Shown here piece after piece: positions 39,076 through 48,687 of a DNA stretch of 64,000 bases. The notes under the pieces are model-generated. The model searched no databases and was not told the origin of the DNA. It saw only the letters and a list, made by a program, of their open reading frames with translations. Position 1 is the stretch's first letter; each line of letters begins with the position of its first letter. The stretch is from Candidatus Latescibacterota bacterium (GTDB lineage: Bacteria; Latescibacterota; UBA2968), in the NCBI GenBank assembly GCA_965205975.1, contig OZ242195.1, forward strand, positions 800,001-864,000. The letters run 5' to 3'. Position numbers and translations under genes: made by a program.

Positions 39076-40389
39076 TCAGCCATCAAAATAACTGAGTCGA
39101 TCGCCTTCTGCTTCCCAGAGTTCTTCAAACATTTTTCGGATGTCGGGTAAAGATACGACGGATGCAGTAAGTGGGTCCAATGCACAAGCATGGAATGCCG
39201 CTTCTTTATCTTTTTCCATTGCAGCTTTGACAGAGAGTTCTTGTACGGCGATGTTGGTCATGTTTAATGCGGCGCACTGAGGCGGGAGTTCACCAACGTA
39301 ACAGGGATGAATGCCTTCTCTATCGACCATGCAGGGTACTTCAACACAGCATTCGTCGGGAAGATTGGTGATAGAGCCGCTGTTCATGACGTTGCCGTTG
39401 AAGACAAATGGGACACCTGTGATTTTTGCTTCTACGATTGAAGAAGCGTATTCGTGGGATGCTTGCAGTTTTGGGACTTCGGCTTCGGTATCGTCATCTG
39501 TGATGCCTGTGTCTTTCATCCAGGAACGTTTGCGGCCTTCGGGCAATTCCATATAGACGGGATCGCGTTCTGGCAGGTTGTAGATGTCCCGCAATTCCCG
39601 AGTGCGCTGGAAGTAGGGGAGGTATTCTGAATTATGTCGGGTGCTTTCGGTGACAAAATAGCCAAATTGCTTCATTAACTCGACCCGCACCAGGTCGTCT
39701 TTGAAACTGGGATGGGTGTCAACGGCTTTGAAGATGCGAGGGTACAGGTCTTCGCCGTCTTTGTTGAATTTTAGAATCCAGGCCTGGTGGTTAATCCCTG
39801 CAACGAGGTAACTCACATCTTCGTAGGGAACGTCAATGCCATTTGCCAGTTTTTTTGTCGTGCCCTGTACGCTGTGGCAGAGGCCGACGTTTTGGATGGA
39901 TGAACCGATAGAATGCATCCAGGTGAGCATGGCCATGGGGTTGGTATAATTTAACATGAGTGCATCGGGGCAGTGTTTTTCCATGCTTTTGCAAAATGAT
40001 AGGTGCTCGTGTGCGGTGCGAAGATAACGGAACACACCTCCTACACCTACTGTGTCGGCGACAGTTTGGTTAATGCCGTACTTTTTGGGGATGTTGATTT
40101 CAGATGCGTAGGGTTCGCCCCAATAGGCTGCGCCCCCAATGGATACGGCAGTGACGACAAAATCTGCGTCGGGCAATAATTCTTCGCGATCAGTGCTGGC
40201 GATGCATTTGCCAGGGAGCCTATGGCCATCAATGGCGCGGTTCACGTAATCGTGCACCTGAGTCAATCGCTCTTCGTTGATATCACAGAGTGCGATTGTG
40301 GAATCGTTTAATAATTCACGAGATAAAATATCGATGGACAGTCGGCTTCCGAATCCACTGCCAGCACCAATGATTACAATTTTTGTCAT
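39076..40389 (-). CDS. melA: GH4 alpha-galactosidase
   Basis: IIGAGS, NYTNPMAM, GLCHSVQ, GINH, TES, SEYLPYF. Confidence 0.88.
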   Translation of the reverse strand: MTKIVIIGAGSGFGSRLSIDILSRELLNDSTIALCDINEERLTQVHDYVNRAIDGHRLPGKCIASTDREELLPDADFVVTAVSIGGAAYWGEPYASEINIPKKYGINQTVADTVGVGGVFRYLRTAHEHLSFCKSMEKHCPDALMLNYTNPMAMLTWMHSIGSSIQNVGLCHSVQGTTKKLANGIDVPYEDVSYLVAGINHQAWILKFNKDGEDLYPRIFKAVDTHPSFKDDLVRVELMKQFGYFVTESTRHNSEYLPYFQRTRELRDIYNLPERDPVYMELPEGRKRSWMKDTGITDDDTEAEVPKLQASHEYASSIVEAKITGVPFVFNGNVMNSGSITNLPDECCVEVPCMVDREGIHPCYVGELPPQCAALNMTNIAVQELSVKAAMEKDKEAAFHACALDPLTASVVSLPDIRKMFEELWEAEGDRLSYFDG

Positions 40390-40434
40390 TAAAACCTCCA
40401 GTATTAATAGGTAATGAACTCAGCGAGTGAGGAA

Positions 40435-41289
40435 TCAGGAAAACACCGGCGCCTGGAACACATCCTCGAATTCACCGCGGTCCTTCGCCCGCTGATACTC
40501 CCACTCGTAGGGCGATTCCCTGAGCCTGTTGGGCCCGTTCCTCACATCGTGCCCGATGTCGCTTTGCCTGGGGTAATGGCTGTAGATCATGAGCCTCCGC
40601 GGACGACCGGAAATATTTGGCCTGGAGTTGTGGATCAGCACCGAATGGAAGAGCATGACAGAACCGGGCGGTGCCAACAGGTCAATTCCCCCATCGTAAT
40701 CGATCAAATCCGGTAGCACTTCCCACCCCCTTTTGTTGGGCGGTCGGTGGTGTTCCAGGTGCTGTTTGTGACTCCCCGGCCAGACGTGAAGCGGTCCGGA
40801 CGATTCGTCGTACGGATCCATGGTTACGGCCGAAGAGATGATCTCTTGCGGGTAATCCTGCGCCAGATAATACGCCCAATCGTTGTGGACCGGAAACCGG
40901 TCTTCGCGATCGACCAATGGGATGCCCTCTATCGCTTCGGGCAGCGGCTCTTTGTAGTTCAGCTTCTCCTCCATGAGAATCGGCTCGTCCCCCATGAGCT
41001 GACGCATGGGTCCGATGAGTCGTTCGTCGGCAGATACTCCGGCCAGGAATAGCGACAGGTCGTTAATGGGCTGGATCTTGCGCACCATCGGCCCGGTAGA
41101 TGTCTGCAGAATATCGAGCCGCCCGCTTTTTCGCCCGTTGGCCAGAGAAGAGTTGATGATGAGCTCGAGTATCCGGTCCGCTTCATGTTGCATGCGAGCG
41201 ACTTCCTCGGCGTTGAATGCCTGTGGGAGCACCAGGTAACCGTTCTCGCGGAAGTGCGCCAGGTCTTCGCCTGTGAGTTCCGTTTTCAC
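40435..41289 (-). CDS. PhyH-family dioxygenase
   Basis: FRENGYLV, EEKLNYK, HND, WPGSH, LIHNS. Confidence 0.9.
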   Translation of the reverse strand: MKTELTGEDLAHFRENGYLVLPQAFNAEEVARMQHEADRILELIINSSLANGRKSGRLDILQTSTGPMVRKIQPINDLSLFLAGVSADERLIGPMRQLMGDEPILMEEKLNYKEPLPEAIEGIPLVDREDRFPVHNDWAYYLAQDYPQEIISSAVTMDPYDESSGPLHVWPGSHKQHLEHHRPPNKRGWEVLPDLIDYDGGIDLLAPPGSVMLFHSVLIHNSRPNISGRPRRLMIYSHYPRQSDIGHDVRNGPNRLRESPYEWEYQRAKDRGEFEDVFQAPVFS

Positions 41290-41291
41290 TG

Positions 41292-41363
41292 CTATTCCCT
41301 CCTATTGAGGTGTTTGATGATGGCCATCTCAAGTTCCGAGGTGAATGATTTCTCAGGCTTCAT
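41292..41363 (-). pseudogene. 23-aa mini-ORF, probably a collapsed gene
   Basis: Strong RBS GAAGGAG then MKPEKSFTSELEMAIIKHLNRRE*. Confidence 0.35.
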
Positions 41364-41388
41364 TCTCGCTCTCCTTCCAAAGTATCTA

Positions 41389-42813
41389 TTACCTCTGCAA
41401 ACATGACGGATCTACTTCCACAGAATTTGCTGTGTGTTTGTCCAGTTGATCAGACAATTGGTGGACAACATCTGCATATTCTGGATCTCGTGCTACATTT
41501 GTGAATTCTTCTGGATCAGCGTACACATCTGCGAGGAAGATATCTTCATCTTCAGGTTTCGGTTTTTCGCCATTGAGCAACACATTTTTATCAAGGCGAT
41601 ACTGACTCGTGCGTATGCAGCTTCGCCGTGGCCAACCGCGATTGCCATACCAGTCGCCACGGCCACCATTGGGTGCCATCTTGCTGAATGGCTGGCCATA
41701 TCCGATTGTAGAGTAGATACAGGCGGGTGGTGGATCGGTGAAAAGATCGCGGCCTTTGAATTGCGAAGGTGTCTCGATGTTGGCAAAAGAAAAGAGTGTG
41801 CGTGCAATGTCCAGACTGTCGCAGATGTCATCCCGCACTTGCTCTGCAGGTATGGTGCCTGGCCAGGAGATTAGAAGTGGCACGCGATGCACTGTGGGCG
41901 TGTAAGTCAGTTTTTCGAAGGCGCCGGTCTCGCCAAGTGGATTGCCGTGGTCCGCACCAAATACGATGAGCGTTTGTTCCTGTCGCCCCGTTTTCTCAAG
42001 AAAATCTAAGGTCCGTCCGACTTGAGCGTCGATCCAGGCGATCTGTGCGTAGTAGTGAAGGCGTCCTGCACGGAGTTTTTCGGGATCCATTCTGGCCACA
42101 CCAAAAACTTCGGCAACGCGTTTTTCAAATGCGGAGAGGGTGTCAGGCAGCGGATCGGGAAGACCGGGATCCTGATCGTCGAGCAGCTTTACATATTGTG
42201 CTGGCGGTAATACCGGTGTGTGGGGCTGAAGAAGGGAAACGCGCACGAGATAAGGGGAGGTTGCCGTTTGGAGCCAGTGTAAGGCTTTTTCAACGACTGA
42301 GTCGGGAGGATAGGGTTCGCCGTCTGGGAAAATACCGCCGTGCATGCCGCCGTAGGGCGAGCGGATCATCTGCACAGCGTCTTCGCCAAGATGTTCCCAG
42401 ATTTTCATTTCGCCACCCGTTCCGTCGTGGTATTGGAAGATTTCATGCTCTGGATTGGCACCTGGACGTATTTCGGGGGCAACGTGGATCTTTCCAAAAT
42501 TGGCAGTTGAATAGCCGTTCTGTGAAAATACGTTAGGGAAAGTTTGCAAGATACGGGGCAACCGGAAATTTGGCCATGCACCTTCGTTGTTGTACACGCC
42601 TGTGTCTTCGGGATATAGACCCGTTAGCGTGCAATATCTGGAAGCAACACAAACAGGCGCATTGCAAAAGTTATTTGTGAATCGCACACCGCTACTCGCC
42701 AAACGGTCGAGATTTGGCGTGCGCAACTGCAATCTGGGATGCCCATAACAGGCCAGTGCGTCGGTGCGCAGTTCGTCACAGTAAATCCAGATAATATCAG
42801 GTTTTTCAGGCAT
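41389..42813 (-). CDS. Sulfatase (Cys-type)
   Basis: IIWIYCDELR, CVASR, GKIH, ADHG. Confidence 0.92.
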   Translation of the reverse strand: MPEKPDIIWIYCDELRTDALACYGHPRLQLRTPNLDRLASSGVRFTNNFCNAPVCVASRYCTLTGLYPEDTGVYNNEGAWPNFRLPRILQTFPNVFSQNGYSTANFGKIHVAPEIRPGANPEHEIFQYHDGTGGEMKIWEHLGEDAVQMIRSPYGGMHGGIFPDGEPYPPDSVVEKALHWLQTATSPYLVRVSLLQPHTPVLPPAQYVKLLDDQDPGLPDPLPDTLSAFEKRVAEVFGVARMDPEKLRAGRLHYYAQIAWIDAQVGRTLDFLEKTGRQEQTLIVFGADHGNPLGETGAFEKLTYTPTVHRVPLLISWPGTIPAEQVRDDICDSLDIARTLFSFANIETPSQFKGRDLFTDPPPACIYSTIGYGQPFSKMAPNGGRGDWYGNRGWPRRSCIRTSQYRLDKNVLLNGEKPKPEDEDIFLADVYADPEEFTNVARDPEYADVVHQLSDQLDKHTANSVEVDPSCLQR

Positions 42814-42834
42814 AAAAAGTTCGGCCTTTGTTTT

Positions 42835-44109
42835 TTAGATGTCTTTTTCGGGGACAACTGCGCCGTGTAGCACGAGTAGATCGTGTAAATCAGAAAGCGG
42901 AACGTCACCGGGGGTTGTTTCCAAACGCACAGATACTGCGGCTGCGGCGCCCGCTGCCTGTCCCATAGCCATTGAGGATGCCTGTACTCGCAAAGCAGAA
43001 TTTGCAAGTCGGTCACTGCTCACACTGCGTCCAGCGACGAGTAAATTATGACTGTTTTTAGGGATCAGTGCGCGTAGTGGAACTGTTGCAACTGTGCCTT
43101 CAGGCAGAGGTAGGGGCCTTACACCGTCTTTGTCATGGAGGTCAATCGGATAAAAAGAGTACGATACAGCGTCCTCAAAATGTCGGCCACTGGTATAATC
43201 ATCGTGGGTTATCTGCACCTCTCCAACAATGCGATAAGTTTCGCGCACAGCGGTTTCTGCCTGCGCTTTTAAAACGCGGGCATTTTTGCATCCAGGCAGT
43301 GAACGTACAAACCGCAAAATCCGCAACAAAGATTGTCGCCCTGCAATGTTGGTTTTTGTATGCCTATCAGAGGTCGATGCATCAGCGCCAAATACATGCT
43401 GGGCATTTTCTCCGCCTTTTCCAAGGTAGCCGATGAACCGTGCGCGCGGATTGCTTACATCGCCGTGTTGTAATCGGCCATCTTTCATGGCTGCGATAAA
43501 CTGTCTCTGTATGACATCTTCGTCCAGCGTATCAACATCATAACCACCCAGTTTAAAAATCAATGTGCCCGGTTGTGTTTCTTCTTCGCGCAAACGAGGA
43601 AAACCGATCTGGCCCACAATATTTGCTCCGCCAGTGCAGTCAATTAACTGTTTGGTCAGGATGGTGCGCCGCAGGTTTTTTCCGACAGTCTCGATTTTCC
43701 AACCTCTGTCTGTTTCTACAACTTGCGTCGGTATTTCATAAAAGTGCAATTGCACACCTGCTTGGGTACAGGCTTCTTCTGCAAGTGCCGCATATACAGG
43801 GCCATTGATGCGTATCTGGTGCATCCAATGGCGCTCAGGAGAGACTGAAAAATCCGGCAGTTGCCCACTGTCAAGTGCGACTGCTTTTACAACCAGTTCC
43901 CATCCAATGCCCGCGACAATCTGCTTTCCCCAGGCATGAAAAAGCCCGGGGAAGGAAACGCCGCCTGTTGTGGTGACACCGCCGAGTTGACTGCCAGATT
44001 CAACCAGAGCCGTGCGAAGTCCCGCGCGACCCCCTTGTATGGCAGCAATCGTGCCCGCTGTGCCTCCGCCAACTACGAGCACATCTACATCGTCTTTCAT
44101 ATGCTCCAT
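42835..44109 (-). CDS. FAD-dependent oxidoreductase
   Basis: VVGGGTAG, IDCTG, VRETYRIVG, NLLVAGRSVS, GQAAG. Confidence 0.9.
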   Translation of the reverse strand: MEHMKDDVDVLVVGGGTAGTIAAIQGGRAGLRTALVESGSQLGGVTTTGGVSFPGLFHAWGKQIVAGIGWELVVKAVALDSGQLPDFSVSPERHWMHQIRINGPVYAALAEEACTQAGVQLHFYEIPTQVVETDRGWKIETVGKNLRRTILTKQLIDCTGGANIVGQIGFPRLREEETQPGTLIFKLGGYDVDTLDEDVIQRQFIAAMKDGRLQHGDVSNPRARFIGYLGKGGENAQHVFGADASTSDRHTKTNIAGRQSLLRILRFVRSLPGCKNARVLKAQAETAVRETYRIVGEVQITHDDYTSGRHFEDAVSYSFYPIDLHDKDGVRPLPLPEGTVATVPLRALIPKNSHNLLVAGRSVSSDRLANSALRVQASSMAMGQAAGAAAAVSVRLETTPGDVPLSDLHDLLVLHGAVVPEKDI

Positions 44110-44246
44110 ATTTTCTTACCCCAAACTATATTTTGTGGGCGGCCTCAAACAGGGCATTACACTCGAACTCGAGAATACCGCCGATTACTTTGGTTTGCCG
44201 AAATGGAGTACGGCGAGCCACCTCTTTGGCGCGGATATCGATTTGC

Positions 44247-44420
44247 CGCCAACCGAGGCTTTGCAGGTGACTACTCCCAACGATAGAGCAGTTGGACTTC
44301 TTGGCGGTCAATCCGCCTGACGTTGTAGCCCCAACGTCAATATGTTTATCGCAGCATTGTGGTCTCTGTCCGTCTTATAACCACACGCCTTGCAATGATG
44401 CACACGCTGAGAAAGTGGTT
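44247..44420 (-). ncRNA. Predicted TnpB omega/reRNA overlapping the tnpB 3' end; guide from flanking DNA (CTGCAAAGCCTCGGTTGGCG)
   Basis: Inferred from known TnpB biology and the TCAC end; boundaries approximate. Confidence 0.5.
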
Positions 44421-45432
44421 TTTTCTCTCTATGTCCGCATGCTGAGCAATCTTGTGACGTATAGTCAGGCTTGACGGCCTTGAATCCAATACCAGCTTCT
44501 TCCGCTTTGTATTCGAGACAGTGCCGAAACAGGGACCATGCTACGTCTGCTATTGATTTAGACAATCGTCTGTTCTTTTGCATCTCTTTAACGTCCAATT
44601 TCTCGACGGCTATGAATCCGTGACGATTGACCATTTTTCTTGATTCTTGATGTGCAAAGTTATGTCGTTTATTACGGATACGCTCATGCACTCTACCAAT
44701 GACTTTACGACGCTTTTCTCTTGTGGGGTCGGTCTTGGAGCTTTTTTTTACCGCGTCCCATTTGCGCTGTGCTTTGGCAAGAGATTTCTCTTCTTTGCGA
44801 AAGAATCTCTGATTCTCTATTTTCTGTCCGTCACTGGTCACAGCAAAGGAATTGAGACCCACGTCAATGCCAACAGCAGAGTTAGTGTTTGGTTTCTTAT
44901 CTTTTTCGCCAATATCGCAAGAGATAGATACAAACCATTTGCCTGTTGCGGTGCGTGTGATTGTGCAAGACTTAGGGATACCTAAGAGTGACCTGTGCTG
45001 GACAATGCGAATGCAACCAATACTGCCCAATCGCAAGCCCTTGTTGTCCAATCGGCATCCATTGGCAAACTGAGGATAGGTGATAGAATCATAGCGATTC
45101 TCATTCTTGTATCTGGGAAAGCCCGCTTTCTCGCCTGTCTTTGACTTCTCTTTGAGACGCCGAAAGAATCCTTTGAATGCCAAATCTACTCTCTGTGATA
45201 CTTGTTGCAACACTTGACTATATACGTGCTTGAATGCGGAGTGTTGCTGTTTTAACAATGGTATTGTTTTGGTCTGGTCATATTGCGAGAGAGACTGATT
45301 CTCATTTTTCCATGCTTGTATTCTGGCACAGAGTAATTGATTATAGAGAATACGACATTCGTCAATATGCGCCAGCAAGATTTGTTCTTGCTTTTTGGTC
45401 GGACGCAATCTGTATTTGAATGACTTAACCAT
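44308..45432 (-). CDS. tnpB: RNA-guided endonuclease TnpB
   Basis: FKYRLRPT start; RuvC motifs VGIDVG, AVEKL, DRDHNAA; zinc finger CSACG/CKACG. Confidence 0.95.
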   Translation of the reverse strand: MVKSFKYRLRPTKKQEQILLAHIDECRILYNQLLCARIQAWKNENQSLSQYDQTKTIPLLKQQHSAFKHVYSQVLQQVSQRVDLAFKGFFRRLKEKSKTGEKAGFPRYKNENRYDSITYPQFANGCRLDNKGLRLGSIGCIRIVQHRSLLGIPKSCTITRTATGKWFVSISCDIGEKDKKPNTNSAVGIDVGLNSFAVTSDGQKIENQRFFRKEEKSLAKAQRKWDAVKKSSKTDPTREKRRKVIGRVHERIRNKRHNFAHQESRKMVNRHGFIAVEKLDVKEMQKNRRLSKSIADVAWSLFRHCLEYKAEEAGIGFKAVKPDYTSQDCSACGHREKKPLSQRVHHCKACGYKTDRDHNAAINILTLGLQRQAD

Positions 45433-45438
45433 AATAAA

Positions 45439-45466
45439 AATATACACTTATGTATTATTTTGTCAA
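45439..45466 (-). promoter_or_regulatory. Sigma70-like promoter for a probably leaderless tnpB mRNA
   Basis: TTGACA-16-TATATT, 6 nt upstream of the ATG; overlapped by a TACACTT/AAGTGTA inverted repeat. Confidence 0.55.
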
Positions 45467-45637
45467 GTGTAATATGGAATGAGTTTTGTTGATGAAGTGC
45501 TGGCGCACTTGTACACCGCTCCACAGCCGCCGATAGTCCCTTGAGGACTATCCCATAGGCTAAAGCCGCCCCATAAATTCTATGCGCTTCGCCATGCGAC
45601 CCAACGCTAAAGTTGTTGGGTTTTACGCGCATTTCTG

Positions 45638-45898
45638 ATAACGAATTTGCCCGATCCGCCCGGCTTCCTCCTCGGCAACCGAGACATGCGCGATACCCAG
45701 GATTTCCTCACCCTCAACTGCGCAGAGAAATTGCTCCGTTCCGAGGTTTGTATATGGCTGTTCATCAAACGGCTTGTGAATACAGCCCCATTCGAACTCG
45801 TGTCGTGAAACAGGGTAGCGGTGGGGCAGAGTTCCTATGCGTGAGTTGTAAAATGCACGGAAGTCTGCTCCTACCATGTCACTTTCGACGATCTTCAA
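45638..45898 (-). pseudogene. N-terminal part of a GNAT-like gene interrupted by the TnpB element
   Basis: PHRYPVS...FLCAVEGEEILGIAHV...GQIRY ends at the TTAT insertion site. Confidence 0.6.
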
Positions 45899-45971
45899 TC
45901 AGTATCTCTTGTGGTTGCTGGTGTTGAGATTTTTGGTTTTGCCCGCCATAAACAGGGCAGTCGGATTCATT

Positions 45972-46436
45972 TTATTCGCTTGAGTCGCGCCTCCTGGCGA
46001 GCATTTCTTCTCGCACCTTCCTCTTCAAGCGCTCCAGTTCTGTCTTTTCTGCTTTCTTCCGATTGCGTTCCGTGGCCGCTGAAGCATATTGCTCTCTACT
46101 CGTCCTCACCTTGTCCAGCCATTCTCGTCGTGTGGACAGGATCTCTGGGCTACTCTTGGTACCATAGCTGAGATTGTTCAGGAAGTCGATTATCTCGTTA
46201 GGCTTCCCGCCGATGAGATCGCGTGCTCCTGGTGCCGACAGTCCGCCTTCGAGTTCCCAGTGATACCTGTGAATCAGAGTATCGATCAGGATCATTTTTT
46301 CTTGAACTGATCGCGCGACCCTATACTTTTGCACGTATTCTTTAAGGAACGCTGTCATGCCGGATGCAATAAGGTGTTTGCCTCGAATCCCGGCTGCGCC
46401 TTGCACCCAAAATCGCGCACACCATCGCACCATCAC
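45972..46436 (-). pseudogene. Probably 5'-truncated hypothetical protein
   Basis: Protein-like from GKHLIASGMTAFL..MILIDTLIHRYHWEL; the first ~17 codons look non-homologous. Confidence 0.45.
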
Positions 46437-47560
46437 ACCATCGTCTCCAAATACACCTTCAACGCTGTAGCCAGATCGCGGCCAAATACACGCGCCAGTT
46501 CTGGACTCGTATCCAGATCGCCCACATTGGCATAGGGAAACTCAATTGCCGTTGCCAATTGAACGCCCGGCAATTCACCCGCCCACCGCCCAAAGCTCTT
46601 GCCAGTTGCATAATTTTCTGCCGTATTCCACTCCACCCCAAAGGGCAAATTATCCGCTGCACAAAAGGGCAAGCCGCCCGTTCGTTCCGCTTCCAAAATA
46701 TGCGAAAACCGCATCTGTTCCTGCCAGGGGGCTTCTGACTCAGACCCCACCAGATAAATCGTCTCATTTCGATTACTACGAATCCACGGACAGTGCAGAT
46801 CAATCGCTACCTTCAGTTTGCCAGCACTCCAATCCGGCACCCTTTCTCGAATCACAGCCGTTTCAATATGCACACTCTCCCCGACATAATCCCGGTTGTG
46901 ATCCCTCGGCTTCCGATTCTTCCCCTGATCGCCATCCTCCACACCGTCTTTATCCACAAACGGAATCACCAGACATTCAACCCGTCCCTGAAACCAACGC
47001 CCCAAATCATCCTCACCAAGTATCGCTGCCATCATGCCTTCCAGCACGTATGACTGCATCATCTCACAGCAGTGGTGTCGCGCCGCAATCAACACGCGCA
47101 GATCCGCCCCACCGTCCAGCCGCCCCACATACAACATCTCAACATCATGTCCTTTGCGCGTCTCGCACAACGTCTCAGCCACCAGATAGTCCGAATCCAC
47201 ATACGACGCCAAAAACCGGTCCAGGTCGGCCTGCACATACGGCATCCCAAAACTGAACCGCACATCATCCGCGTCATTCGCAAACGCATACACAAACGAC
47301 TGTCCATCCACCGCATCATTACCCAACCAGCGCCACGTCACCCCACCGTCTTCACTCATCCCAGGACCACGCGTGCCAATCACATTGCTGCCGGTAAAGT
47401 GAAACCGCACGGTTCGGCCTGCTGCGCCACGCACCCGAAAATACCAGTAGAACCAGTCGCGATCCGTATCGCGCAGATCCTGCCGAAGAAACACATCATC
47501 ATCGTCAATTCGTTCAGCGATGATATTCCCACCCGGAAAATCACAATCTATCATAATCAT
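46433..47560 (-). CDS. M14-family zinc carboxypeptidase
   Basis: DFPGGN, WFYWYF, RHHCCE, DHNR, IDLHCP. Confidence 0.88.
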   Translation of the reverse strand: MIMIDCDFPGGNIIAERIDDDDVFLRQDLRDTDRDWFYWYFRVRGAAGRTVRFHFTGSNVIGTRGPGMSEDGGVTWRWLGNDAVDGQSFVYAFANDADDVRFSFGMPYVQADLDRFLASYVDSDYLVAETLCETRKGHDVEMLYVGRLDGGADLRVLIAARHHCCEMMQSYVLEGMMAAILGEDDLGRWFQGRVECLVIPFVDKDGVEDGDQGKNRKPRDHNRDYVGESVHIETAVIRERVPDWSAGKLKVAIDLHCPWIRSNRNETIYLVGSESEAPWQEQMRFSHILEAERTGGLPFCAADNLPFGVEWNTAENYATGKSFGRWAGELPGVQLATAIEFPYANVGDLDTSPELARVFGRDLATALKVYLETMV

Positions 47561-47623
47561 TGAACACGCTTCTTTATGATGTCGATTTGCATTTACTCCT
47601 CCACTATCCATTGGAGCGGTAAT

Positions 47624-48139
47624 CTAGATAGACAATGGGCGACGGAGCCGGATTTGGCGTCCGTTGTCTCGAACACCGCCATCACGTTTCCACCCCATCG
47701 CCTCGTAGAAGGCGATCCCGCGTTCATAACCCTTAACAGTCCAAACTATCGCTTCATTATAACCGTCGGCAACGAGATGACGAAACGCGAGCGAGGCCAA
47801 CGCCTTGCCGATGCCGATGCGCCAATACGAGGGGTCAATGGCGATGGTATCGAGTTCCCCTAATGTGGCGTCAACGGGATCGCGGCTGGGACCGATGCCG
47901 ACAAAACCGACAACCTTACCCGTATGCTCTGCGACCCACCACCGGTGCGGGGCAGACTTGGCAAGATCGCCGCGCCAACGCTCAACAAGTTCTGGTGTGA
48001 CGATGCGATTGGACTGCTCGATGAGTTCACCGAATCCTGCATTCCACGAATCGATATATATACGTGTGACGACTTCGGCGTCCACCGCAGCGGCCGATCG
48101 GATCGTTGGCCAAGGTTTTCGTGGATGTGCGTGTTCCAA
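47624..48139 (-). CDS. GNAT acetyltransferase
   Basis: IDPSYWRIGIG, AFYEAMGW. Confidence 0.9.
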   Translation of the reverse strand: MEHAHPRKPWPTIRSAAAVDAEVVTRIYIDSWNAGFGELIEQSNRIVTPELVERWRGDLAKSAPHRWWVAEHTGKVVGFVGIGPSRDPVDATLGELDTIAIDPSYWRIGIGKALASLAFRHLVADGYNEAIVWTVKGYERGIAFYEAMGWKRDGGVRDNGRQIRLRRPLSI

Positions 48140-48150
48140 CTCGCCTATTC

Positions 48151-48456
48151 CTATACGGACTTGTAGAGGCTACCATCCGTGGTTGGACGGATGTCAGGAC
48201 ACGGCGCGCCGCGATCGGCAAGGTGTCGAACGAATTCCACAATGGTTTTGGGATGGGTCGAGCCGTCCCACCCCGGATTCACGCGGAACACAACGCGTCC
48301 TTCCCGCAGACTATCACAAAAAAAGACGCACCGCGAATTCGCCCTGCGGACGCTGGTTACTTCCAGATCCCAGAATCGCTTGCAGAGATCCATAATTTCT
48401 GGCTGATCAGGCAGTGGGCCTGTTTCGTCTCTATATCTGGGATAGCGTGGTTCCAT
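48151..48456 (-). pseudogene. N-terminal fragment of a phosphotransferase (APH/homoserine kinase-like)
   Basis: RVVFRV, EFVRHLADRGAPCP..RPTTDG then stop; no HGD catalytic motif. Confidence 0.65.
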
Positions 48457-48496
48457 TGGTTTTCTCGGACCAGGACTGGCCGTAGCGGCGCGAAGA

Positions 48497-48652
48497 TTAT
48501 AGGTGGTGCATAGCCCCAACAGCGTCGAGTCGATATTGGTTGCCATCGTATGCAATCGTCGTAACGGAGCATTCACGCATTACTTCACCACTGTATGGGT
48601 CATTGCAGATTGCCCAAGTTGGCCTGTCGTGTCTTGGTTTCGGGTTGCTCAT
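48497..48652 (-). pseudogene. 51-aa ORF resembling a histidine phosphatase C-terminus
   Basis: ...RECSVTTIAYDGNQYRLDAVGAMHHL*; no RHG motif. Confidence 0.4.
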
Positions 48653-48687
48653 GTATTCCTTAGAGATTTTTCAGGAGCATGTTTTTT

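Larger units (their letters stand above)
44267..45637 (-). mobile_element. Non-autonomous IS200/IS605-family element (TnpB only, IS1341-type)
   Basis: Left end CAGAAATGCGCGTAAAACCCAACAACTTTAGCGTTGGGT follows TTAT (45638-45641); right end GAAGTCCAACTGCTCTATCGTTGGGAGTAGTCAC; no tnpA. Confidence 0.88.
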
